Positions 1 through 12,307 of a DNA stretch of 64,000 bases are shown one piece after another; within the stretch, counting starts at the first letter, position 1; each line of letters begins with the position of its first letter. The stretch is from Octopus vulgaris. Lineage: Eukaryota. The position numbers and the translations under genes were made by a program. Under the pieces are notes generated by a model. The model ran no database searches, was not told the origin of the DNA, and worked only from the letters and a program-made list of their open reading frames with translations. The stretch covers positions 24,614,001-24,678,000 of the forward strand of contig OX597833.1 of the NCBI GenBank assembly GCA_951406725.2. Direction: 5' to 3'.

Positions 1-84
1 TGAGGGTCTCGGTACAAAAAATTGGTGGCCATGAAATCAGTGGTGTTAATATCGATGGTGATGTTGGCAATGACACTGAAGGTA

Positions 85-85
85 G

Positions 86-123
<38 letters not shown>

Positions 124-610
124 TTGGTGATGATGATGATAACGATGATGATGATGATGATGATGATGACGATGACGGCGAAGACGACGAAGAAGACGAC
201 GACGAAGACTATGACAACGACAACGATGAGGACGAAGATTGCAATGATGATGATGATGTTGATGACAAAATGATTGGATGGTTTGATTTCGGTCATTCGT
301 GCTTGGGGTTTTAATAGTTTATAAAATTAATGGCAGCAATAGTAATGGTTGTAGTAGCTTACCGTTAGCAGGGCTGGGTGGGTATTAAGGACGGTATTCG
401 TAGTATTGGCGGGAAAGTAAACTGTTTAGGAAGTAGTAGTAGTAGTAGTAGTGGTGGTGGTGGTGGCGATGCTGTGCTGATGGTGTTGGTATTGATGGTG
501 ACGGTAGGGATAGTAGTAATAGTGGTGGTGGTGGTATTGATGATAATAGTTGTGGTGCTGAAGGTGATGGTTGTCATAGCAGCAGTAGTGGCATATAGTA
601 GTAGTAGTTA

Positions 611-661
<51 letters not shown>

Positions 662-725
662 CAGCAGCAGCAGCAGCAGCAGCAGCGGCAGTAGCAGCAG
701 CAGCAGCAGTAGCAGCAGCAGCATT
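85..725. repeat. Trinucleotide microsatellite cluster: (GAT)n/(GAC)n then (AGT)n/(AGC)n
   Basis: Repeats read directly; they generate the poly-M/S/L ORFs in the track. Confidence 0.95.
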
Positions 726-1170
726 AATGATGTTGGCGGTGATGGTGTGATGGTGTTGGTGTCATAGTGATAAATAGTAGTGTAATATTGTAAAATATCT
801 GACAATTCCAATGGAAGTTGCTTATAAATATATGGAACATTTAATATGGTTGAAAGTGAAAGTAAAAATAAATAAACAGGCAAATTTGTTATGATTTGCT
901 ACTGACCTAATTTCTTTAATGCTTCTTCTCTGCAATATTTTTGGTGACAGATTGGTAATTTCCTGTCTCGCATGAGAGACAGATGGTTGGTGGCTGAAGA
1001 GGGAGATACATATATGCATGTGTGTGTGTATACACACAAACACACACACGTATATGTATGAGAGTGTATAGTGAGAAAATGTTGAGAAATTGCGCGATGG
1101 ATATGTACGTGTATGCATATATGCATGTATATATATGTGCGTGTGTGTACGTACGTGTGTGTATGCATAA

Positions 1171-1219
<49 letters not shown>

Positions 1220-1279
1220 TATATACATGCGTATACGTACATACATGTATACGTATATATATATATATATGCATATGTG

Positions 1280-1620
1280 GACACAGGACGTCACAAAACA
1301 TAAACAGCAAAAAATACGAATTACGATGACATGGAATATGGGAAACAAGACAAGCAACACAAGGAAAGACCCTTCATCAGTTGTCGGCTGTTTTTCTAAT
1401 CCGTATTTCGAGCAATTCACGACAAGATACGCCTTCGGTAAAACAGTTGCTCCCGCAAAGCAAATTAAATAAACTTTGCGATCTTGTGGTGGGTCAAGAT
1501 TGGTGACAGAAACAGGACAGTGAAAACAAACAGGAAGGGTGATAAGCCTAAACGAGGTTGTGGTGGCGAACGCGAAGAAACAAGTCTGGCCAGGAGACAG
1601 AGAACAATATGTATATGCTA
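1280..1620 (-). mobile_element. Penelope-like terminal-repeat fragment with degenerate hammerhead-like motif
   Basis: Minus strand reads CCGAAGGCGTA-TCTTGTCG...CGACAA-CTGATGA-AGGG. A related copy lies at ~21680-21980. Confidence 0.45.
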
Positions 1621-2177
1621 GTAACACCTACAAGAAGATGATTTTTTCACTCATGAAATTGAATGGGGCTTTGGCCAAGAGGAACTAACGTCATCAGACG
1701 GGATCCAACGTTCATCGGGTGTTTCGACCCTAAACCGTAACACTCTCTCGTTGGTGGATTAGCAAGATTAACCAAACCCTCATCTCCTCCTAGCTTCCAG
1801 ATTAATTCCTCTCTGTTGCTCCAAAGCCAGCAAGAGGCTTTTCGGCCGCCTCTCCCATCCTGCGCACAGCTACACATCGCTCATTTCCTCCCGTACCTAT
1901 GGTTGAAAGCTTCTTCCATGCCTACTGGGCAGGAAACCCTCAACAGCCAACATCGCCAGTGAAAAGTCATAACTGCCATCATTTCTCCCTACGGACTGTT
2001 TTATATTTGGCACGTTTCAATTCGTGGACCTCATCATACCCTTCTTCCCACAGTTGCTGTGAACTCAATCAAGATCGTTTTTCTAGTATTTTTAGACCGC
2101 AGAGCCATATCTAACTTCAAGGATGTACGGACGACCGCGGGAGACTGCAGCCTCTCTCCAAGCTTCACATTTATATC

Positions 2178-2717
<540 letters not shown>

Positions 2718-2897
2718 CCATGATTGGAATCGATGCAGCAAACTATCATTTTTTTCATTCTTTACTGGCGCTACAGCCTCGTTCACGAACTTAATTGTTC
2801 CTGTTGTTTTCTTCTGATATATACATACATACATACATACATACATACATACATACATACATACATACATACATACATACATACTTACATACATACT

Positions 2898-3081
<184 letters not shown>

Positions 3082-3175
3082 TATATATATTGATTGATTG
3101 ATTGATTCTAGTTTCAGCTTATGAGCTGTGGCCATGCTGGGGCACCGCCATTTGGTGTTGCTACTTGGTTTCACT

Positions 3176-6100
3176 TCATGGAGGCTTTCTAGCAACTGCT
3201 ATTTGGTGCATGAGAGAGTTCGATGCAGCTGCCCTCATCTGCCCCTCCTGCCGTGAAGTTGGTTCATCTGGGACACCTGACAGGAAGAGATCCAGCTTCA
3301 TTTTAAAGACATCTGTATCCACCCCATGCAGGTCTCTCAGGTTCTTCGGGAGGATATTGAAGAGCTGTGGGCCTCGGAAGCCCAGGCTATCACAGTATCT
3401 TGTCCTACATCTTGATGGCAGGTTTGGAGTCCTAGGCACCACGCAGTGGCGCCCAGTTCTGGCATTTGCGTAACTCTCGATGCCAAAGTTCAGGACACTT
3501 CCCTCCAGGATCTTCCAGATGTATATTATGGCATATCTTTCCCGCCTACGCTCCAGGGAATATAATTTTAATCTCTTGAGTCTTTCCCAGTAGCTTACAT
3601 TCTGCATAGAGGCTATCTTCTTTGTGTAGCTTCGTTGGATCGCCTCAAGTTCTGTGATCAACTTGACACTGGATGGTGACCATAGCTGAGAGCAATAGTC
3701 AAAGTGGCTTAGGACAAGTGTCTTCCAGAGGACCATCATGGTTTCTTGTTCTCTTGTTCTAAAGGTTCTAAGAATCCATCCAGCCAGCCGTCTACATTTC
3801 ATTGTCAGTTTAGCAACATGTACATGAAAGGTCGCGTCATCACTCATGTGAATACCCAGGTCACGCACTGATTGTGCCTCTGGGATTGCAATCCCTCCGG
3901 GTCCAGTGTATTCATTGGGTATTGCATTCAGTTTTGCATGCTGATAGTATAAAGCTTGAAACTTTCCAGCATTGAACTGCATGCTATTCTTTTCAGCCCA
4001 CTTGTATATTTCGTCTAGCTCACATTGCAGGTGTTTAGTGTCCTCAGGGTTCTGTATTGCCTGTGAAACTTTTGTATCATCTGCATAACTTGTGATCGTG
4101 GCTCTCTGCGTGGCTGAGGGCATGTCTGAGAGGGCCATTATGAACAGTAGTGGTCCCAGAACAGTGCCCTGCGGAACACCGCTCACTATTTGTGTGTTAA
4201 TGGAGGTGGCCCCATTGGCTACTACCACCTGACTTCTATCCTTCAGAAAGTCATGAAGCCATTCTCCCAGTTTTCCAACTATGTTGAGATCACGCAGTTT
4301 GTGACATATCATTCCATGATCGACTTTATCAAAGGCCTTTGCAAAGTCGAGATATATCACTTCCACATTTGAGTGGTTGAGCAGCCGTTTCAGCACCCAG
4401 TCATAGTGTTGTAGGAGCTGAGTTAAACAGCTTCTCCCTGGTCGGAAACCATGTTGGGTGTCGGGCAGCAAGTCATTCTCTTCAAGGAAGGTGATCAGCT
4501 TCCTTCTGACTATTCGTTCCATGACCTTGCTGATGTGTGAGGTCAGAGAGATAGGTCTATAGTTCTTGGCTTCCGCTCTGCTACCTCCTTTATGAATGGG
4601 GCATATTTTACCTTCCTTCAGTTTTCCTGGAAGTTTGCCAGCTGCAAGGAAGCTCTGAAAGAGGAACTGCAGTGGTCTTGCTAGGACTCTCTTACATGCT
4701 TTTAGGAGGATTGCCGGGAATCCATCGGGGCCAGTAGCTGAGTCTGTTTTCATTTCATCTATAGCCTTGGTTACATCGTCTTCCTTTATATCGATGTAAT
4801 CTATCGTCGCCTCTGATTTTATATCTGCAGTGGTAAAAAAGTCAGTTGGATTGGTGATTTGGAGATGCCCAAGGGGTGGAGTGAAAACACTCTTGAATTG
4901 CTCATTCAGTATTTCACTTACCCTCATTGGTTTTCCTGTAAGTGTGCCATCCTTTTCGAGGAGTGGCCCTATTCTACAGTGCACTGTAGCTGTTTCTTTG
5001 GCATACCTGTAGAAAGCTCTGGGGTTAGATTTTATGTTTTCTATAGCCCAGGCTTCTTTGTCTGCTCTTTCTTTTTCATGGGAGAGTTGCAGACATTTTT
5101 CGATTTCCAACAGTTTTATTTTTAGGCGGGACTTTTCACTGCTTTCAATCTGTTTGTTTAGGCGATTTGAAAATTTCGTACGCCGTCTCATTAAAATTTT
5201 CCTCTCTCTGGGGATTTTGTTCTTGTGTACAGTGGCCTTTCTCTCTGGGACACATTTGTAGCATATGGCTTGCATTACAGACATGAATTGTTGAAGTTTC
5301 ACGTCGATGTCTGGCGAGGAGAGACATTCAGGCCAGTTTTGTTTGAGGATCTCTTTCTCAATTTGTTTCCAGTTTGCCTTATGGTAGTTCAAGCTGGAAA
5401 GATTTTGAGGGTTTCTTGTAGGCTGCATGTCCGTGCTCTCTTTTGGCCCGTACATGGTCAGCTCTACCATGTTGTGATCCGAGAGTAGTGTCGGTGTCAC
5501 TTTCACATTATGGATGAGATCCATGTCATTTGTGAAGCAGAGATCCAGTGTGTTACCTGCCCTGGTTGGTTGGAGTATTACCTGCTCCATGTACAGGGTG
5601 TTGATGAGGTTCAGGAGGGACCTCGCCTGTCCTCGTTCACATCTTGTCATTCCTGGGAGAGAAAGGCCCTCGGGCCATCTGACATTGGGCAGATTGAAGT
5701 CTCCCATAAGAAGCACACCTATGTGTTGTTCTAATGTGGTTAGAATTTCTTCTATTTTTATAAGGCAGTCTTCGAACTTGCCCACATGGCTTGGGGCATC
5801 TGGAGGGCGATATGTAGCACACACAACTACATCAAGTTGCCTAATATGTACAATTAGTGTGTCACACACCGAGTTTGAGTATGACAAGAGGACCTGGGGT
5901 GTGAGGTCCTCACGGATGTACATAGCAACACCTCCATGACTCCTTTCTTTCCTGTCGGTCCGTAGTACAGCATACTGTGGTATGTGTAACTCCGCATCTG
6001 CTATGTCCGGTTTCAGGTGCGTTTCTGTAAGTGCTATGCATAAGGCTTGATTGCATGCAACAAAGTCTCTCAGGAACGGGATCTTTGTCCTGTTACTGAG

Positions 6101-6280
6101 TGTTTGCAGTCCTCTGATGTTCAGTAGGAGTATCGAGGTGAGGTGTACGTTGTTGTTGCCGGCGGTGTCCATCCTGTGTCTGTTTGCTGTGGTGGTCTGG
6201 TATATAGTGGGTAGTCCCACCTGCGGGCTTGGGTTTGATGAAGCCAGGTCAGCTGCTGTACGATCTTTTGTGCCATGCAC
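3176..6280 (-). CDS. LINE ORF2: APE endonuclease + reverse transcriptase (CR1 group); first ATG at 6172, track start is GTG
   Basis: APE motifs NIRGL, LTETHL, GGVAMY, YRPP, GDFNLP, LDLCFT, SDHN. RT motifs [53 protein letters not shown]1-type tail [16 protein letters not shown]. No stops in 1034 codons. Confidence 0.96.
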   Translation of the reverse strand: MHGTKDRTAADLASSNPSPQVGLPTIYQTTTANRHRMDTAGNNNVHLTSILLLNIRGLQTLSNRTKIPFLRDFVACNQALCIALTETHLKPDIADAELHIPQYAVLRTDRKERSHGGVAMYIREDLTPQVLLSYSNSVCDTLIVHIRQLDVVVCATYRPPDAPSHVGKFEDCLIKIEEILTTLEQHIGVLLMGDFNLPNVRWPEGLSLPGMTRCERGQARSLLNLINTLYMEQVILQPTRAGNTLDLCFTNDMDLIHNVKVTPTLLSDHNMVELTMYGPKESTDMQPTRNPQNLSSLNYHKANWKQIEKEILKQNWPECLSSPDIDVKLQQFMSVMQAICYKCVPERKATVHKNKIPRERKILMRRRTKFSNRLNKQIESSEKSRLKIKLLEIEKCLQLSHEKERADKEAWAIENIKSNPRAFYRYAKETATVHCRIGPLLEKDGTLTGKPMRVSEILNEQFKSVFTPPLGHLQITNPTDFFTTADIKSEATIDYIDIKEDDVTKAIDEMKTDSATGPDGFPAILLKACKRVLARPLQFLFQSFLAAGKLPGKLKEGKICPIHKGGSRAEAKNYRPISLTSHISKVMERIVRRKLITFLEENDLLPDTQHGFRPGRSCLTQLLQHYDWVLKRLLNHSNVEVIYLDFAKAFDKVDHGMICHKLRDLNIVGKLGEWLHDFLKDRSQVVVANGATSINTQIVSGVPQGTVLGPLLFIMALSDMPSATQRATITSYADDTKVSQAIQNPEDTKHLQCELDEIYKWAEKNSMQFNAGKFQALYYQHAKLNAIPNEYTGPGGIAIPEAQSVRDLGIHMSDDATFHVHVAKLTMKCRRLAGWILRTFRTREQETMMVLWKTLVLSHFDYCSQLWSPSSVKLITELEAIQRSYTKKIASMQNVSYWERLKRLKLYSLERRRERYAIIYIWKILEGSVLNFGIESYANARTGRHCVVPRTPNLPSRCRTRYCDSLGFRGPQLFNILPKNLRDLHGVDTDVFKMKLDLFLSGVPDEPTSRQEGQMRAAASNSLMHQIAVARKPP

Positions 6281-7035
6281 AAAAAAGATTGTTGCTCAGC
6301 AGCTGCTCTTTCGACAACATCATGTTGGCTGTTTGTGGCGCGCACAACATCTGCGTACCTCCGCTTTGGGGCAGGTGGTGCGTAGTCCATCCCTTTTCTT
6401 TGTGTTGATGGTTTGTCCATCTGCCTCGTGTCTCTGTGGCAGGGTCCCCGATGTGCAAAGCGGCAGCCTGCACCTTCCTTTCCGTGCCAGCAGGAACCTC
6501 TCAGGTAGAACATACACACCCGTATGCGCTGTTTGGTTCCATCCTTTGCGGTTCCACTTCTACTCCTGGTTGTTTCTCTCTTTGGTCCTGCTTGAGCTTT
6601 TTCATTTCCTTTAGCTCTTCCAGTCCTTCTTTTAGTTCTTCTTCCTCCCTCTACCTCTTCACCGGGTTCTCCGTCTCCATGGCCCTTGCTGCCGGTTGGA
6701 GAACTTGCACCTGGGTTCACTTCCCGGGCAGGTTTCTCATTCAAAACCTCCTCCTGGGCGTCCACCAGGTGGGGGTGACTTCTTTCATCGTCTCCATTCT
6801 TGCCATCTTTGCTCCGCTCATTCTCAAAGATGGCATCAAGTGCGCCAATGTGCGACCGTACAAGCGCATATGAGCGCACGAATTCCTGTCTCTTTCGCTC
6901 CATCTGAGCCGCTGTCCTCTTGTAGCCTCTGCTCTTCAGCGCAGCCGCAATCACCTCGCTAGGGCTATCTCCGCCGGCGCACTCCCATGCTCGTACAAAT
7001 AAATCCAGCTCGTCACGTCTCCATGCTCTGGACAT
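6121..7035 (-). CDS. LINE ORF1: Myb/SANT-like (trihelix-type) N-terminus, basic linker, CCCH zinc finger
   Basis: AWRRDELDLFVRAW...VIAAALKSRGYKRTAAQMERKRQEFVRSY resembles the trihelix pattern W..E...LI..W..IA..L...GY.RT..QC..K. CMFYLRGSCWHGKEGAGCRFAH is C-x7-C-x8-C-x3-H (6451-6516). Lies upstream of and overlaps ORF2. Confidence 0.8.
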   Translation of the reverse strand: MSRAWRRDELDLFVRAWECAGGDSPSEVIAAALKSRGYKRTAAQMERKRQEFVRSYALVRSHIGALDAIFENERSKDGKNGDDERSHPHLVDAQEEVLNEKPAREVNPGASSPTGSKGHGDGEPGEEVEGGRRTKRRTGRAKGNEKAQAGPKRETTRSRSGTAKDGTKQRIRVCMFYLRGSCWHGKEGAGCRFAHRGPCHRDTRQMDKPSTQRKGMDYAPPAPKRRYADVVRATNSQHDVVERAAAEQQSFLCMAQKIVQQLTWLHQTQARRWDYPLYTRPPQQTDTGWTPPATTTYTSPRYSY

Positions 7036-7089
7036 GCTGGATAATCCGTCTATCCGTTTATCTATCTAATTATGTTCGAGAGAAGACAG

Positions 7090-8150
7090 GAAGATATTAA
7101 GGCTAATTAGAAGATAGAGTACTTGAAAAAGAAATATTAACAATATTAAAGTTTGTGTAAAAACGTTATTTAATCTTAAGGCTAATTAGGAGATAGAGTA
7201 TCTGAAAATATATTAGCAATATTAATATTATATTAGAGTGTGGGTAAAAAAACGTTATTTAATCTTAAGGCTAATTTGGAGATAGAGTATCTGAAAATAT
7301 ATTAGCAGTATTAATATTATATTAGAGTGCGGGTAATATTAAACGTTATTTAATTTAATCTTAAGGCTAATTAGAAGACAGAGTATCTGAAAAATTATAT
7401 ATACAATATTAAGCAATATTAACCGTTATTTAATTTAATCTTAAGGCTAATTAGACGTTATTAATATTAAACGTTATTTAATTTAATCTTAAGGCTAATT
7501 AGAAGATAGAGTATCTGAAAATATATTAGCAATATTAATATTATATTAGAGTGTGGATAAAAACGTTATTTAATCTTAAGGCTAATCAGGAGATAGAGTA
7601 TGTGAAAATATATTAGCAATGTTAATATTATATTAGAGTGTGGGTAATATTAAACGTTATTTAATTTAATCTTAAGGCTAATTAGAAGATAGAGTATCTG
7701 AAGAAGTATTAACAATATTAAAACAATATTAAACGTTATTTAATTTAATCTTAAGGCTAATTAACAGTAATTATTAACAATATTAAACAATATTAAACGT
7801 TATTTAATTTAATCCTAAGGCTAATTAACAATAATTATTAACAATATTAAACGTTATTTAATTTAATCCTAAGGCTAATTAGACGTTATTAATATTAAAC
7901 GTTATTTAATTTAATCTTAAGGCTAATTAGAAGATAGAGTATCTGAAAAATTATTAACAATATTAAAACAATATTAAACGTTATTTAATTTAATCTTAAG
8001 GCTAATTAACAATAATTATTAACAATATTAAACTATATTAAACGTTATTTAATTTAATCCTAAGGCTAATTTGACGGTATCAATATTAAACGTTATTTAA
8101 TTTAATCTTAAGGCTAATTAGAAGATAGAGTATCTGGAAAATTATTATAT
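7090..8150. repeat. Modular AT-rich tandem array in the LINE 5' UTR
   Basis: About 15 copies of core AAACGTTATTTAA(TTTAA)TC(T/C)TAAGGCTAAT with optional modules (AGAAGATAGAGTATCTGAAAA; ATTAATATTATATTAGAGTGTGGG; ACAATAATTATT). Unit length ~50-95 bp. Confidence 0.93.
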
Positions 8151-8606
8151 CGAGAACAGTTATTGAAAATGTAAACAAACCCAATAACGATCGCAACTTT
8201 AACTAAGATGTGGGCCTAAGTGAAAGATAAAATAGAATAATAAATAAAATATGAAATAGATGAAATTGATACTTAATCCAACAATGTGGTCTGGATAATT
8301 TTTTTGGTTTACGGGATTTTTTTTCCGGGAGAGATGCTTCTTTTTTCTTTCTTGCAGGAGATAACTTGATTCAGTTATTTTTGCACCATGTGCGTTTCGG
8401 CGAAAATGAAAATTACTGTGTATATGTATATATTTATATATATATTTTTAAAAATATTTTTAACCAAAGTGTTGTAGTGATCTCTATGACTTAGAGTTTT
8501 ACGTTTTGCAATTACAGTGGGTTATTTCGCCGTTCTATGCAGACTTTTTCACAGAGCAAAGGCAATCACGGCTTTCTCTGCTGAAAACGGAACCATATAT
8601 ATATAT

Positions 8607-9244
8607 AAATTAATTTTACCAAGTAGTGTTCAGTATGTAAAAGGACCATTTAAGGTGTATTTAAAACATTACGTTATATAATTAGGGTTCAGTAAAATAA
8701 TTTACTTGACCACACACTGAACTTTTAGAAATAGCAGCCAAAAAATCTTAGCTATTTCTTACCCTTTTATTATTGATAATATAATTCTCTCTCCCTGTTT
8801 TTCAACTACAGTTCTCTCTGTAGGAATTTGTTTACTCTATAACTCACGTGGGTGGAAGCGGGATGAATGCAAAGCCTCATTCGTACTTTTTGAATTCGTT
8901 GGTACTGACGGTCGAATATGGTTTGTCTGGGATTACTCATATCAGACGGGTATGTTCGATTTTTAGTGCTCTCAAATCCAAATCTAAGAAATCTTTGAGC
9001 TGACGAAGGAAATGTTGATCTTTAAATTCAACTAATCTAGAAACGTACGTTCTCAAGTAATCTTAATGTACATGTGATCTTTTGTTATTTTTCCCACCAT
9101 ACCTGCGTGAATTATTTTTGAGTATACATTGTCTGGGAGATTTTTCTTATAGTAGAAGAAATAGCTAAGATTTCTTGGCTGCTATTTCTAAAAGTTCAGT
9201 GTGTGGTAAAGTAAATTATTTTACTGAACCCTAATTAAATAAGG

Positions 9245-9249
<5 letters not shown>
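8607..9249 (+). mobile_element. Non-coding Penelope-like element with inverted terminal segment and hammerhead
   Basis: 8668-8760 is the near-perfect reverse complement of 9157-9249. Hammerhead core at 8995-9056. Flanked by (TA)n. Confidence 0.65.
8995..9056 (+). ncRNA. Type I hammerhead ribozyme motif
   Basis: TTGAG-CTGACGA-[AGGA..GTTGA..TCAAC..TCTA]-GAAA-CGTACG-TT-CTCAA. Stem I TTGAG/CTCAA, palindromic stem III ACGTACGT. Confidence 0.7.
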
Positions 9250-9316
<67 letters not shown>

Positions 9317-9363
9317 TCTTTTTCTCTTTTTTTTCTCTCTTTATATATATATATATATATATA

Positions 9364-9758
9364 CTAGCAGTATCGCCCGGCGTTGCTCGGGTTGTAAGGG
9401 AAATAACTATATAAGCATTTTTAGAGAGTTATAGCCAAAAAATAGCAAAAAAAATGCATTAAAAATTGAAAAAAAATTAAGGTAATTTTTTTTAAAATCT
9501 TTGACACATCGTAGATATTTTTAGAGAGTTACTTCCCTTATATAAAAGCGAAAAAAATGCATTAAAATGGAAAAATATGATGGTAAATTTTTTTAAAATC
9601 GTAGACTCATCGTAGACGCGCGCTAATACCCAGAAGGGCTCGATATGAATCACGACTATAAGATACCCGCTTTTGGTTAAACTGCACCGCAAAATGTGGG
9701 AGTAATTACGAATGTAAATCGAAGGGGACAGACACACAACTTCACTCTTATATAAAGA
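9364..9758 (-). mobile_element. Non-autonomous Helitron
   Basis: Minus strand starts A|TC and ends with hairpin CCCGAGCAACGCCGGG followed by CTAG|T. No TSD. Confidence 0.85.
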
Positions 9759-10089
9759 TGCTTTTTTTTTCAGTCATAGAGTTAGATTTATGAAGGTCTT
9801 CAGTAGAAAATCCTTCGAATTCTGACTCGCTGCTTGATATAATGAAATTCGTATCCATTTTTTGTCAGAATTACAAATTTTGAAAACACAATAGGAACAA
9901 ATTTCGGAAAAAAATCTCCCATAATTCACGGAATTAAAATTACACTTCGATTTTTGTACAACTCTGTATTTGAAGTGTTTACGAAGTATAATACGTGTTT
10001 TCACGAATGTACTAAAGAGATTTACTCTGATATTCTCATTTAAATATGAATAGGTAAATTCGGGCGGCTTGGTAACGAAAGGGTTTATA

Positions 10090-10662
<573 letters not shown>

Positions 10663-11799
10663 TGTATGTATATATATATATATGGATAGATAGATAGATA
10701 GATAGATAGATAGGTAGATAGATAGATATAGATATATCAGTGGCGACTCCGGCACTCGGGTTGTTCGGTCTTAGCCCGAGGATAAATTTAGTAGAGTGAA
10801 CATGTATTTTCAAGCTGATTTAATTTCTGCCAACACTGACATCAAGCATGTAATTTCAGCCAATAATTCAGGCTCCTTTTACTGGGCTTGGTCGCAGTTC
10901 ATTTATTTTTGTTCAGAGTCTGGCGGTCGTCTTCGAGGTGCCCTGGGTCAAAAACTATCGTTCACACGCACCTGACTCGGTCCAACTTGTTATCTATAAT
11001 CGTAAAAATTAAAAGTAATTTTAATTCAAAGTTTTGTTGAAACAATAAATTTCTATAGGGATTAGGATTTAAATTCAAATCTATGAAAAGTCTCCGTTCT
11101 TCAATATTCTTAAAGGAATGAAAAATTATCCAGCAACTCGAGCTAATACGAACGAGCCTGGTAGGTGTAAAAAGCTAACTGGCATCTCTTGTCAAGAGTA
11201 CAGAGGATAATCAGATCGCTGATGTTTGTTGTGCACTCCACTGTCGTTACTTGATTGCTGTTATTCTGTGCGTTTGTGTTTTGAAGGGTTGCTTTATTTT
11301 TACCGTAACATAGTGCTAGACATAAAAGGTCGAAGAAATCTTTGACTATTATAACATACAATAACAATTTATACGTATATTAATTAAATATCAGGGTCTT
11401 ACTCAACCTAGACATTGTAACAAAACGAGTAAATAAATATAAATGATAATATACCATTATACTGGTAATATATAACATCTCTTTTATTTAGAATTACTAA
11501 TATATAAAAACAATTGTTTAAAGTAACTAACAAAAAAGTTTTCTTTATTTATTTAGTTTATCAGAGGGAGAATTCCGTAATAAATATGAAGAGAAATCTA
11601 ATATTTGGATTAATATTATTTGAGATATATGGAAATATATTTCGATAGTTGTAGATTCTATTTACTTAATTATTTTGTCCGTTATAACTTATTTTTAATT
11701 GTAATTATTATGTAGTTGAAAAGTTAACGCTCACGCTCATAATACATAGGCATTTGAATTACTTTTTTTTACAATCCAGCTGTCCTTTCACCCGGAATT

Positions 11800-12262
11800 T
11801 CATCAGACTTTAAACCAAAGTTCGGATGAGACATGTAAGTGGATTCAATTTTTTATAAATCAAATAATCTATATAAGTCGAAACAAATTGTTGACTCTTT
11901 TGGTTTCTTAATAATTTTTTACGCTATCTTATATTATATTAAGTTATATTCTTTTCTACTCTAGGCACAAGGCCCGAAATGTTTGGAGAGCGGAGGGCGC
12001 AGTCGATTAGATCGACCCCAGTACGCAACTGCTAATCAGTTTATAGACCCCGAAAGGATGAAAGGCAAAGTCAACCTCGGCGGGATTATATTATGTTATA
12101 TTGTAATAAAAATAAATTATTGGATTGTCAATTGAATCTCCCTATTTAATGTATTGTTTATAATTTGCATTATACATATATTCATGTGGTATTCAACTGA
12201 CTTACCAGTGAACTGGATGTTTTACACACACTTTTGAAGGAATTCCTTTCCTTAGTTTGTTG

Positions 12263-12307
<45 letters not shown>

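Larger units (their letters stand above)
3091..8594 (-). mobile_element. Full-length CR1-group LINE inserted in a (TA)n tract
   Basis: Two ORFs, ~1.5 kb 5' UTR, short 3' UTR, (TCAA)n tail at 3091-3107, and (TA)n on both flanks. Confidence 0.92.

Noticed and set aside
1685-1730. GAAAC...CTGATGA motif in the Hero 3' UTR as a ribozyme
   Set aside because: Helices cannot be formed consistently, and it looks like ordinary Hero-type 3' UTR sequence.
3102-6962. Plus-strand ORFs overlapping the LINE (e.g. 6051-6614, 6436-6873)
   Set aside because: Antisense shadows of the GC-richer ORF1/ORF2 with no recognisable motifs.
7090-8150. CRISPR-like appearance of a conserved core with variable spacers
   Set aside because: The intervening segments are reused modules, not unique spacers. 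The context is eukaryotic and there are no cas genes.
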